A stretch of DNA of 64,000 bases from an uncultured Lentisphaeria bacterium (lineage in GTDB: Bacteria; Fidelibacterota; UBA8477): assembly GCA_964543125.1 (NCBI GenBank), contig CAZIWX010000002.1, forward strand, positions 26 through 64,025, read 5' to 3'. The position numbers and the translations under genes are program-made. Positions within the stretch are counted from its first letter, which is position 1. The number at the start of each line of letters is the position of its first letter. This document shows positions 9,456-18,848 of this stretch, piece after piece. The notes beneath the pieces were generated by a model, which worked only from the letters and a program-made list of their open reading frames with translations, did not search any database and was not told where the DNA came from.

Positions 9456-10373
9456 TCAGATAGTGACTTGCGATGGTCCGGAATGATCCAGACGGTCTCG
9501 AAGTTTATTCTCGTCCAAACGAAACTTCATATTTTTCATGGTTGCCTGAACCCGCTGCTCGTATTCAGCCGAGGTGAAATATTTGCGAATCCGTGAAGCA
9601 ATCGGAACCATTTGTTCTTCTGGTTTCCAGACAAAATAGCCCGACGTGGATTCATCCACGATACACTGATAATAAATAGCCCAGGCGATTGCTGACAAGC
9701 GGTAACGCCGCCAAAGATCGCGGGTGATCGTCTGCACCGTGGCCTGCATCTCCGGATTCAGGAAATGGAATCGCCGATTGAACATGAGTGCCGTATGATA
9801 GTACTGAGGGACATTTAAAAGTGCATCAACTCGCAGATGGCGGCCCATGAGGATCAGAAGCGCTAAGACTTCATCACCTAAACCCAGTCCGGGGTAGTGT
9901 TGCCCGGGTAGTGGTGGCCGGGTCGAAGTGAAACTGGCGCTGGGATTTTGCAGCGTCATCCACTCAATATTGACCACTCGCGTGAGGTTAAAATTATACC
10001 CGGTTTCAGGGGAATCCTTGATCTGTAAAAGATCCTGGTGCGTGACGAATTCGCAGATCAGATGATCATCAGTGTGCTTTTGGTTGTGAAAAATTCTCAG
10101 AATATGGCGATAGGGATCACTGGTATCCACCACGATATCAAGCTGACCCAACCCCCGGCGGCGGAGTAATTTGTCAAAGCCAAAGCGCTGGATGATTAAG
10201 TTGATTCCATCCCGGGAATATTTTCCCAGAAACAGATCGCCGGCTTGAATCGGCCGGTTGCCGGTGAACAGGTCGTCCAATTTGAGATCGAAATCAGCAG
10301 ATATCCCCGCCTGAATTTCAAAGTGAGTCAGCTTTTGAGCAATTCGCCTAAATCTTTTTTCAATGCGCGACAT
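9456..10373 (-). CDS. Hypothetical protein, 305 aa, function unknown; lies at the 3' end of the MMPL exporter gene string
   Basis: Long ORF in the same orientation, 55 nt downstream of the small membrane-protein gene. There is no signal peptide or TM segment. It contains a QHYPGLGLGDEVLALLI segment, which is a weak GNAT-like Q/RxxGxG resemblance only. Confidence 0.5.
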   Translation of the reverse strand: MSRIEKRFRRIAQKLTHFEIQAGISADFDLKLDDLFTGNRPIQAGDLFLGKYSRDGINLIIQRFGFDKLLRRRGLGQLDIVVDTSDPYRHILRIFHNQKHTDDHLICEFVTHQDLLQIKDSPETGYNFNLTRVVNIEWMTLQNPSASFTSTRPPLPGQHYPGLGLGDEVLALLILMGRHLRVDALLNVPQYYHTALMFNRRFHFLNPEMQATVQTITRDLWRRYRLSAIAWAIYYQCIVDESTSGYFVWKPEEQMVPIASRIRKYFTSAEYEQRVQATMKNMKFRLDENKLRDRLDHSGPSQVTI

Positions 10374-10428
10374 GTCCGAATATAGGCACGAATCATGGGA
10401 TCAGATGTAAAAATGAAAGGCGTTTCAC

Positions 10429-10761
10429 TTAGCCTCTTTTGCGACGTCCGTATACCACCAGCATGAGTGGCGGTGTAATCACCAGGGCCAGGAGAAAAGC
10501 GGGCAAAAAATTCTTGTTGTACTTGAATTCGGCAATCCCCGCTACCTGCAGACCGATGATGGAATAAATAATAATGACCACACTCAGGTTTTTGAGCAGA
10601 AAAGCGCCCAAATCCGTCCAGGGGTTCGCATCCGGCGTGGCGTAGCCCTGATACCAGTGCCACATCCAAACCAATCCACTCCAGAGCCAGGGTAGCAGAA
10701 TGACCAATGACGCTAAAATCAGTAAACGCGCGAGAATAAAATCACGCTTAGAGTTTTCCAT
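10429..10761 (-). CDS. Small integral membrane protein (about 3 TM helices), function unknown
   Basis: 110 aa, strongly hydrophobic. Its start overlaps the stop of the upstream MMPL gene by 14 nt, which suggests translational coupling. The C-terminus is basic (RRKRG). Confidence 0.45.
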   Translation of the reverse strand: MENSKRDFILARLLILASLVILLPWLWSGLVWMWHWYQGYATPDANPWTDLGAFLLKNLSVVIIIYSIIGLQVAGIAEFKYNKNFLPAFLLALVITPPLMLVVYGRRKRG

Positions 10762-13048
10762 GGTTCACTCCTTTCCGGGCAGGCGGGTGGATCAGAAATT
10801 TTGGTTTTACCAATACGATCAAGGCCGGCAGAATTGCCAAAGCACCGAACAAGCACATGCTAATGGAAAATACGATCAGGAATCCGAAAAATGCAATGGG
10901 CATGAAAGTGGACAATAGTAAAACACTGAACCCCACGATTACCGAAAGAGCGTTGTAGATAATGCCTTTCCCTGAGTGTACCATGGTGCTGTAGATGGCC
11001 GGGATCAATTCCTGCCCATTCCGAATATATTCTCTCAAATGCCAGAGGAAATGGATCGTGTAATCGATACCGACCCCGATCATGATGCTGGACAGCATGG
11101 CGGTGGCAGCGTTGAGTTCAATATGGGCATATCCCATTAAGCCAAAGACCAAAATGATTGCCATAGCCAAAGGCAGGGTTGAGACCAATCCGCCTTTGAT
11201 GGAACGAAAAACGACAGAGGTGATAAGAAACACCAGAAAGATTGAGATTGACAGGGAATAGATCTGGCCCTTGACCAAGAAGTCGATCAGAATTCCCATG
11301 ACCGAAGCGAACCCGGTAACCGATGTGAATACGGTCCGGTCATGATGCAGGTTGATATAATGCTCAATGTCATGGATTAAATTATTGATTTCGGTCGTGC
11401 TGACCCGATCAATGCGGACAATAATTTGGGCTTTTTGATAATCGTAATCCACATATCGATCCAGATCGGACGTACTACCGGTGAAGGAGTATAAAAGCAG
11501 ATATTGAGCAATCAGATTACGGCTTTGCGGAATGACCCGGTAGGTGGAATCACCATTATGGAAGGCCTCATTCATCCGGGAGATCAGGTCGGCAATGGAG
11601 ATCACCTGACTTACTTGTGAGTGACTTTTGATATATTCACCGAGACTTAGCATCTGGTTCAAAATGTCAGGGTCTTTTATATCGCCCTGTACGAGCACGG
11701 ACAACTGCGTAGAACCGCCAAACAGATCAGCGATTTTCTCATTATTGACCCGCACCGGATCACCGGCCTGGTAGTAATGATTCGGATCGGTATCCACTAC
11801 AATTTTGGGGATGCCCAGGGCGATGACGATCAATGTGAACGTTGAAATAGTTAAAATGAAGATTGGTCTTTTTGTAAAAAAATTGGTCCAACCTTCCAGA
11901 AATTTATTGAATTTCGACTCCTGGGCTCCACCGGCCACGACCTTGGGTACGCGTAAGAGTAAAAGTGCCGCGGGAATCAGTCCCAAACTCAGAACAAAGG
12001 CGACTAAAATTCCGAAGGATGAGAGCAGTCCTACTTTACGGGCATCTACCAGAACATGGCTTAACAGGCTCATGAAGCCGGCTACCGTTGTGATACCAGC
12101 TAAAAAGATGGGCATTCCCAGTCCTTTGATCACCTCCCGAATACGTTCCCGTTTAGGTTTAGCCGGATTCGTACGCAGGGACTCAAAATACTGAGCGATG
12201 ATGTGAATGCCATAATCATTGGCAATGGCGATGAGCATTACCGGGATCAGCATCGCCACGAATGTGAATTTTATGCCCACTAGCGCCATAAGCCCAAAAG
12301 TCCATACAATACTCATGATCACCACGAGAAGCGGTAGAAAGACGCCCATCCAGCTTCGGAAACTCACGGCCAGCAGCAGAATCATGATGAGGATGCCATA
12401 GGGCAGAAACCGGCGCATGTCCGTCCCCATATGGAGCGAGATGAACGATCGGGTTAACGGCAGACCGGCATAGTAGATTTCATAACCGTCCGCTCGCACC
12501 TTAGCCACCAGGCGTTCAGTCGCTTCTCGTAAATGAGTATCACTGATTTCGGCGGAAGGGCGTAACAATCCGATAAAGGCGATCGATTTGAAGTCCTCGG
12601 AAACCAGATTCCCGTAAACCAGATCATTGTCGCGAATACGGGTTTTCAGGGCTTTTACTTCCGAGGCGGACTCCGGGATTGACTCAACCAGATCCTCCAC
12701 CGAAAAGCCATCCGGCGTACTCGTTAGATTTGAGGCGGTGAAAATGGACATGACCCGATCCATCTCCGGCATGTCGGCCAGGGAATCTCCCAGCGCCGAA
12801 AGGTATTCCAACGTCCTTTTTGACCAGAGATGACCTGATTTTACCGCGAGAACAATAATTTCAGAGCCACCGAATACATCCTCCATCTGGTTCAGAGCTT
12901 TGATGGTGGGCATGTTCGCCGGTAACATGTTCTTGATATTGGTATCTACCTGGAGTGATGGAACTTGTCTCAGGAAAAGGACGGTGATCAACAACGCAAG
13001 TGCGATCGTTGTCCGGGGATATTTTAAAACCGTCTGTAGAATGCGCAT
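10748..13048 (-). CDS. MMPL/RND-superfamily exporter (COG1033-type: 12 TM with two large periplasmic loops), paralog 2
   Basis: 766 aa. Topology is 1 TM, a large loop, 5 TM, a large loop, then 6 TM. It is clearly paralogous to the ORF at 15331-17619; compare YSFTGSTSDLDRYVDYDYQKAQIIVRI with YSFQSDQNTLDSYVNYTYDQAQVVVRI. Confidence 0.75.
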   Translation of the reverse strand: MRILQTVLKYPRTTIALALLITVLFLRQVPSLQVDTNIKNMLPANMPTIKALNQMEDVFGGSEIIVLAVKSGHLWSKRTLEYLSALGDSLADMPEMDRVMSIFTASNLTSTPDGFSVEDLVESIPESASEVKALKTRIRDNDLVYGNLVSEDFKSIAFIGLLRPSAEISDTHLREATERLVAKVRADGYEIYYAGLPLTRSFISLHMGTDMRRFLPYGILIMILLLAVSFRSWMGVFLPLLVVIMSIVWTFGLMALVGIKFTFVAMLIPVMLIAIANDYGIHIIAQYFESLRTNPAKPKRERIREVIKGLGMPIFLAGITTVAGFMSLLSHVLVDARKVGLLSSFGILVAFVLSLGLIPAALLLLRVPKVVAGGAQESKFNKFLEGWTNFFTKRPIFILTISTFTLIVIALGIPKIVVDTDPNHYYQAGDPVRVNNEKIADLFGGSTQLSVLVQGDIKDPDILNQMLSLGEYIKSHSQVSQVISIADLISRMNEAFHNGDSTYRVIPQSRNLIAQYLLLYSFTGSTSDLDRYVDYDYQKAQIIVRIDRVSTTEINNLIHDIEHYINLHHDRTVFTSVTGFASVMGILIDFLVKGQIYSLSISIFLVFLITSVVFRSIKGGLVSTLPLAMAIILVFGLMGYAHIELNAATAMLSSIMIGVGIDYTIHFLWHLREYIRNGQELIPAIYSTMVHSGKGIIYNALSVIVGFSVLLLSTFMPIAFFGFLIVFSISMCLFGALAILPALIVLVKPKFLIHPPARKGVNHGKL

Positions 13049-13184
13049 AACAACCTCATGGGCTTGATATTTTACACGACCCCCGTGGACATCATACCGA
13101 GGTCCAATTACAAAAATGAATCATGAACGTTATTTCAAAACCCGGTTGGTAAAACGCCAAGCCGGGCTATCGAATCAAAGGATA

Positions 13185-14519
13185 TCAGAAAGAATATTGG
13201 GCCTTGAGATAGACATTATCATTCTGATCGAACCGCCCGAAGTCGAACTGCCGAAAAGTAGTGCTGGATTTCCCGGCTTTCAGATAATCAGCACCCAGGA
13301 TGAGTTGCAATCCATCCGCGTAATCGTATTCGAGCATATACCGAATCATGGCATCCTGGTAATCCAGATTACCCAATGCCAAAACCTGATATTTCAGCGT
13401 CTCATTCATGAAGCTACCGCGTACCAACAGCGACACCAGTCGATTGATCTCATCGTTCTGAATGGAGGGGTCGTAGTCCAGAATTCGTTGTTCTAGATAC
13501 TGCCCGCTGAGTGCCAGCCAGGTTTTCCAGTTTTGGTCCCACCCAACCATGTATTGGGTGTAAGGTTTTTTTACCGGCACCATTTGCACCAGAAGCGGAT
13601 TACTCACATCCGGTGTTCGTTGAACGACCTGACTGAAGTGTTTACCGAGATAATAGCCGCCTTCACCGCGCAGAACGCCACTGAACACCGGGCGTGAGAA
13701 GTTCAGGCCAAACATTTGGGTACGATAATATGTTTGGTAATTGATGATGGATGTTGGAGCAGAGGGCGATAATAATTGATTTTGTAGAGCGGGCGCATCA
13801 TCCCAGCCATTGAGGTAATTGATCGCCCAGTCAAACCCCAGATTGAATCCGTATAAGCGAAACCCAAATTCGCTATTACTCAAACTGTTACTCGGATAGT
13901 TGCCATAAGCATAGCTCATACCGAAAGTTTGCATGCCGGTGATGGGTGTTCCGGTGCTATCCACCCCAACAAATATTGGCAGCGCCGCGCTTGTGGGAAA
14001 TTGAAAGACCCAGGGTCCGCTGAGGGCCAATTGGATTGGTGTGAATTGCGGAATCCAGAGCGCTTCAAGATTCAGGGCCGACAGATAGAAATTGGTTTTG
14101 ATCATGGGCAGCCCAATCCGGATATCGTCAAAATCCTGCAGAATGAAATCGTGTAGATTCCAGGGACAGACGATGTCATTGATTGGAATTCCATCAGCTT
14201 TGCCCCAAACCACCTGTTGTTTGCCAATCCGGACATCTGCTTTATCAAAAAACAGATCAACGTACGCTTCGTTGAAATCCCAGGTGGTTAAGTTAGTCAG
14301 GTGGTCATGATAGGCATCAACCACAAGGACACCTCGGGCATCCATGCCACTAAGGGTCGTTTTGAGTCGTGCTTTTTCCTGTAAGATCAAGTAGTCGTTG
14401 GGGGAATGTACATCGAATGCGGTATAGGGCCGCAGATATCCATTAAACCGAATGTCAGCGAAACCGCTTTGAATGGCGACCAGGGCTAACCCCAACAACA
14501 AACCGGCATTTTTTTTCAT
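13185..14519 (-). CDS. Outer-membrane beta-barrel protein, DUF1302-like, a partner of COG1033 exporters
   Basis: 444 aa with a signal peptide. It ends in a C-terminal aromatic (...KAQYSF). It has an RIGKQQVVWGKADG motif resembling the DUF1302 signature. Its stop overlaps the start of the upstream LolA-like gene (ATGA). Confidence 0.55.
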   Translation of the reverse strand: MKKNAGLLLGLALVAIQSGFADIRFNGYLRPYTAFDVHSPNDYLILQEKARLKTTLSGMDARGVLVVDAYHDHLTNLTTWDFNEAYVDLFFDKADVRIGKQQVVWGKADGIPINDIVCPWNLHDFILQDFDDIRIGLPMIKTNFYLSALNLEALWIPQFTPIQLALSGPWVFQFPTSAALPIFVGVDSTGTPITGMQTFGMSYAYGNYPSNSLSNSEFGFRLYGFNLGFDWAINYLNGWDDAPALQNQLLSPSAPTSIINYQTYYRTQMFGLNFSRPVFSGVLRGEGGYYLGKHFSQVVQRTPDVSNPLLVQMVPVKKPYTQYMVGWDQNWKTWLALSGQYLEQRILDYDPSIQNDEINRLVSLLVRGSFMNETLKYQVLALGNLDYQDAMIRYMLEYDYADGLQLILGADYLKAGKSSTTFRQFDFGRFDQNDNVYLKAQYSF

Positions 14520-15292
14520 CGGATCCCCCGTTTTAGCATACGAATGGTGAACAGGTTATCTTCCAATGCCTGCTCCAGATCGATGTCTTTAATAATCAGG
14601 GTCGTCTGATGCTTTTTCTTTAAGTTGACCATGTGCATTTTCTTGGCAATCCAAAAGCCGTTGACCTTTTCGTAATCACTCATTTCCAATGTTTTTATCC
14701 GGTCGCCGCGTTTATCGAACAAATACATCTGAAGCGGTTGCAGTTTTTCTTTGGAAATCCAGTAGGTCAGTTTTTGGTAAGTTGAGCTTTTATCCTTAGA
14801 CTGACCTTCGATTTTCCAGCAAACCTCGCCATTTAAGGTTTCGTCACCCAGTAGCTTATAGGTGTATTTAGAAATGTCGCGGTCACCCATATCCTCATAG
14901 GTAAAATCGGTTCCCATGAACTCGCCGGTCTTTTCCGCGGCAGCGATACGCTTTTCGCGTCCTAATGCCGGGAGATACAACCACTGATCATCATCTTTTC
15001 CAGCTTCGCGATAATTCCATTGTAGAAATCCGGTATTGCGTTCATCGGCTGGTTCTAAAAAGAAAATAAGAGATTTATTTTCGAACTTACCCTTAGCGTA
15101 TTCTTTCTGATACCGTCGAATCGTCCGAATACGTTGCTGTCCCCGTCTGTTTTCCAAAGTCATGGTTACGGTGGCATCCATATTGTCCGGTACGGGCTGA
15201 GCATCCATACGCTGGATGATCTCCAGCCCGGTTTCAGCCCACAGAGCGCTGGTGAGCAGGGTTAAGATAAAGGAATACTTGAATTTAAACAT
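14516..15292 (-). CDS. LolA-like outer-membrane lipoprotein-sorting-type protein (DUF1329-like periplasmic partner)
   Basis: 258 aa with a signal peptide. Size, charge pattern and gene position (between the MMPL permease and the OMP) match the LolA-like partners seen in COG1033 clusters. Confidence 0.55.
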   Translation of the reverse strand: MFKFKYSFILTLLTSALWAETGLEIIQRMDAQPVPDNMDATVTMTLENRRGQQRIRTIRRYQKEYAKGKFENKSLIFFLEPADERNTGFLQWNYREAGKDDDQWLYLPALGREKRIAAAEKTGEFMGTDFTYEDMGDRDISKYTYKLLGDETLNGEVCWKIEGQSKDKSSTYQKLTYWISKEKLQPLQMYLFDKRGDRIKTLEMSDYEKVNGFWIAKKMHMVNLKKKHQTTLIIKDIDLEQALEDNLFTIRMLKRGIR

Positions 15293-15330
15293 AAAACCTC
15301 CCGTAAAATGTGTTCGTTAATTGGTTTGGC

Positions 15331-17619
15331 TCAGACCTCGGCCGGTTGTTTTGCATAAACAAATTTTGGCCTGATCAACATGATCAGGACCGGCAGCAGA
15401 GTCAGAGCGCCTACGGTACAGACCAGAATCGATACGACGATGAGCCAACCAAAAAAATAGATGGGTAAAAAATTGGATAGCATGTTCACCGCAAAGCCTA
15501 CCATCACCGCCAGCGCATTGAATAAAATGCCCTGGCCGGTCGTTCGTAACGTCGTGTGCATGGCATTTAGATCGGTGGCGCCCAATTTCACCTCCAGCCG
15601 GAATCGATATAAAAAGTGAATCGTATAATCAATTCCTACGCCGACCACGATGGAGCTTAGCATGGAAGTGCCGGCATTTAAATAGACATCGAAATACCCC
15701 ATCAACCCGAATACCGCGACCACCGCGGAAGTGAGCGGTAATACCGAAAGTAAAGCCGCCATTGCCGAGCGAAACCAGAATCCTACAATCAGGGCAACCA
15801 GCACGACCGACATGAACAGGCTTCGGATTTGACCGTTCACCATCATAGGAATCAGATGCGCCAGCAGCACCGCATAACCGTCTGCCTGAGGCCGGTTTTG
15901 AACCCGAATATTGGTGTCCAGAAAACGATTCAACTTCTCCTGGATTTTCCGCATACGGGTCACATCGAAAGAGGCAATCCGGACCACAACCTGGGCCTGA
16001 TCGTAGGTGTAATTCACATACGAATCCAGCGTATTCTGATCGCTTTGAAAGGAATACAGCAGCAGGTATTGAGCCACCAGTTCCCGCGAATCCGGAATGC
16101 GATAGTAAGCCGGGTTATTGGCGTGCATGGCCCGGTTCATTTCCTTAATGAAATCTACCAGTGACAGGGTATAGCCAATGTTTGGAATTGTATCCAGGAA
16201 GCTCTGAATTTTATCAATCTGACGGAGCACACGGGGGTCACGAATATCGCCATCAACAATGACCGACATGCTGGAACTACCACCATAGTTCCGGTTGATC
16301 ACATTGCTGATACGGTGAATTTCCGAGTTTTTCTGGTAATAGTTCAGGGGATTACTGTCCACTATGATTTTGGGGATACCCAAAACAGCGATTAGCGTGA
16401 ATAAAATAAAAAAAGCGAGAATGCCCTTTTGATGATGATAAACCAGATCGCCCAGATTGCTCAAAATCCGCGAGATCCAGCGACTTTCATTATTATGAAT
16501 ATTCTCGGTCTTACCCGGTTTGTGCAACAGCGTCAATACCGCCGGGATGAAAGTGATGGACAAAATAAAGGCAAGAGTGATGCCGAAAGCGCTTAGCAGG
16601 CCGACCTGGCGGGCCGCGGGAAGAACATGCGTCAGTAGGGACAGAAACCCGGCCAGCGTCGTAAATCCGGCTAGTAGAATTGGGGTCGAAATATGATTAA
16701 TACCGCGAAAAATGATGTCGTGAATTGATGGTTTTTCACCCATTTCACGCACATCTTCATAGTACCGTGCCAGAATATGAATGCCATAGGCATTAGCAAT
16801 CGCAATGAGCATGACCGGTACGATGTTGGTCACAATTTTCAACGATAAGTTCAGCCACGCCATGAGCCCCAGCGTAGCTGCAATGGACATGGCTACAACC
16901 CCCATGGGCAACAGTACACCGCGCCAGGATCTGAAACTGAAGAAAAGCAGGATGACCATTAATAACATGCCCAACGGAATAAAAGTGACCACATCATGTT
17001 CAATATCGGTGGAGATGTGGTAACGGATGATAGGCATCCCTCCTAATTCAATATCCATTCCAGTTTTGAGATAAGGTGCGATAAAGCCATGGAGTGCGTG
17101 GTAAAGTTCCTGATCCCGGTCGCTTTCGGTCAGGAATATCAGAATGGCGGTATGGGTGCGATCCGGCGAGATAATGATATTATGGATTAGCTTTTCCCGG
17201 GCCGCTTTTTGAGCAAACCTATCCGATTGAGCCTGAGAGGCGGGTAATGAATTTATGAAGGGTTCCACCGACATATAGTCGTTTTCACCCACGATGGTCT
17301 CCACATTGGTAATGCTGGTGACCCGGTCGACTAAATCCAGTTCGCTGATTTCCTGGGTCAGGGTGTCCACAATGCGCAATACGTGCGGTTCAAAGATATT
17401 CCGAGCCGCCACCGAGACGATGGCGATATCCTGACTACCAAAGATGTCATCGATCTCATTCATGCGCTTCAGATCAGGATCGTCCTGGTCGATGAGTGCT
17501 AGCATGTCGGGATCTATAGTCAAGCGTGGTAAAGGCGCGGCTAATGCGCCGATAATGATCAGCGTGATGGCAATGACAGATTTAGGATAATGGGTAATAA
17601 AGGCTACAAATTTTTTCAT
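15331..17619 (-). CDS. MMPL/RND-superfamily exporter (COG1033-type), paralog 1
   Basis: 762 aa with the same 1+5+6 TM topology and two periplasmic loops. Its start overlaps the stop of the TetR gene (ATGA at 17616-17619). Confidence 0.75.
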   Translation of the reverse strand: MKKFVAFITHYPKSVIAITLIIIGALAAPLPRLTIDPDMLALIDQDDPDLKRMNEIDDIFGSQDIAIVSVAARNIFEPHVLRIVDTLTQEISELDLVDRVTSITNVETIVGENDYMSVEPFINSLPASQAQSDRFAQKAAREKLIHNIIISPDRTHTAILIFLTESDRDQELYHALHGFIAPYLKTGMDIELGGMPIIRYHISTDIEHDVVTFIPLGMLLMVILLFFSFRSWRGVLLPMGVVAMSIAATLGLMAWLNLSLKIVTNIVPVMLIAIANAYGIHILARYYEDVREMGEKPSIHDIIFRGINHISTPILLAGFTTLAGFLSLLTHVLPAARQVGLLSAFGITLAFILSITFIPAVLTLLHKPGKTENIHNNESRWISRILSNLGDLVYHHQKGILAFFILFTLIAVLGIPKIIVDSNPLNYYQKNSEIHRISNVINRNYGGSSSMSVIVDGDIRDPRVLRQIDKIQSFLDTIPNIGYTLSLVDFIKEMNRAMHANNPAYYRIPDSRELVAQYLLLYSFQSDQNTLDSYVNYTYDQAQVVVRIASFDVTRMRKIQEKLNRFLDTNIRVQNRPQADGYAVLLAHLIPMMVNGQIRSLFMSVVLVALIVGFWFRSAMAALLSVLPLTSAVVAVFGLMGYFDVYLNAGTSMLSSIVVGVGIDYTIHFLYRFRLEVKLGATDLNAMHTTLRTTGQGILFNALAVMVGFAVNMLSNFLPIYFFGWLIVVSILVCTVGALTLLPVLIMLIRPKFVYAKQPAEV

Positions 17620-18254
17620 ACGCCGGGAGCCGGGACTTTATGTAATAGTTGTAGAAGGGTTTCTCTCATTTCACCGGTAAATATGCCCTGGAACAGGATT
17701 AAAAATATTTCTTCCATCATATCGCGGGCGGCGTAGGAAGGGTGAAAAACAATTTCCGGTTGAAAGAGCTCGTCCAAAATCAAAGGCAGCAAGAATGCCA
17801 GCCGATCCAGATTCAGATTGGGATTTAGATCCCCGTCTGCCTGAGCTTGCCGCAGGAGACTAAACAGGTAGCCGAATTTGGTCAGTCGGTATTCTGTAAG
17901 TGAATGCCAAATCTCAGGATAAAGGAATTTGAGATCAGCGATGGATTGGTTGAGGAAAGGTGTAAGAACATCCAGAACACCGCGAATTGTTAGGATAAAT
18001 CGTTTTGCGGGTCGAACCTTCAATGCTTTCATCTTTTCGAAATGCAAATCCAGCCTTGCTTCCACTTGACCAATAAAGGCATTAATGATTGCCTCTTTGG
18101 CCGGATAGTGCTGGTAGATAGTGCGTTTGGACATTTTCAGCTCTTTGGCCATTCGATCTACCGTAAAAGCGCTGAGGCCGAAGCGGGTCAGGAAGGATAA
18201 GAAATACTCCAGCACCCGGTGTTCAATATCGTTGGAAACGATCTTCGTGTTCAT
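17616..18254 (-). CDS. TetR/AcrR-family transcriptional regulator
   Basis: 212 aa with an N-terminal TetR HTH (...LSAFTVDRMAKELKMSKRTIYQHYPAKEAII...). It is the first gene of the minus-strand exporter cluster. Confidence 0.7.
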   Translation of the reverse strand: MNTKIVSNDIEHRVLEYFLSFLTRFGLSAFTVDRMAKELKMSKRTIYQHYPAKEAIINAFIGQVEARLDLHFEKMKALKVRPAKRFILTIRGVLDVLTPFLNQSIADLKFLYPEIWHSLTEYRLTKFGYLFSLLRQAQADGDLNPNLNLDRLAFLLPLILDELFQPEIVFHPSYAARDMMEEIFLILFQGIFTGEMRETLLQLLHKVPAPGV

Positions 18255-18676
18255 CGTTTCCTAATTAAACGCTCTCAAAAGCATAAGCCAAATAAAAAAA
18301 GAGTAGCCGGTAGGAAAACCCGCCGGGGAAAAGTCACTGCACCCGTAAGGTTCATGATCCAAAGAATCACAGGGGTTCCTCTGTAAACGGAAGTAAAAAT
18401 CGTCTATAACTTTTGTTAGTAAAAGCTTACGAGCTTTAACAAAGAGCGGAACCAAATGTTGAACGCGGTAAAAGGCTGAAGACCGTTGATCAACCGGTTG
18501 TCACCGGGTTGAAACCCGGTGCTACGGAAGGTTGTCGGCGTTTGATTTTAAACCAAACGGTGGTCCACCAAGCGGGAATTTTTTAGTTTCCTGATGTATA
18601 GGGGGAAACAAAGATCTGTTTTGGTTTAATGGCAATAAATCATGGGTCAGGGTGTTAAAATTGCTCTTGTCTTTTT

Positions 18677-18706
18677 CCTGACCGGACAGGTCCTGACCGG
18701 ACAGGT
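18677..18706. repeat. Perfect tandem duplication of the 15-bp near-palindromic unit CCTGACCGGACAGGT; candidate operator
   Basis: The two copies are at 18677-18691 and 18692-18706, read directly. Each unit contains CCTG-N6-CAGG dyad symmetry. It lies in the divergent TetR/TrmB intergenic region, about 100 bp upstream of the candidate TrmB promoter. Confidence 0.5.
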
Positions 18707-18803
18707 TGCAGGATTAAAGGCGCTCCTGGATTATAGTAAAACAGACCATCGCCTCGGGGAAATGTTACTCGTTTTTCGAGAGAACTCCCGCAAAGAATCA
18801 TGC

Positions 18804-18832
18804 TTGAAGCCCCACTAATTGGATTGTATATT
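18804..18832 (+). promoter_or_regulatory. Candidate sigma70-type promoter TTGAAG-N17-TATATT upstream of the TrmB-family regulator gene
   Basis: -35 at 18804-18809, a 17-nt spacer, and -10 at 18827-18832. Confidence 0.35.
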
Positions 18833-18848
18833 GAAACGTGACTAATGA

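Noticed and set aside
13116-13496. 126-aa plus-strand ORF
   Set aside because: It overlaps the 3' end of the DUF1302-like OMP gene on the opposite strand. It has no RBS or signal and a non-coding-like composition.
18261-18455. 64-aa minus-strand ORF immediately upstream of the TetR gene
   Set aside because: It lies in the TetR promoter/operator region and contains the 16-bp palindrome. It has no RBS and is more likely regulatory DNA than a gene.
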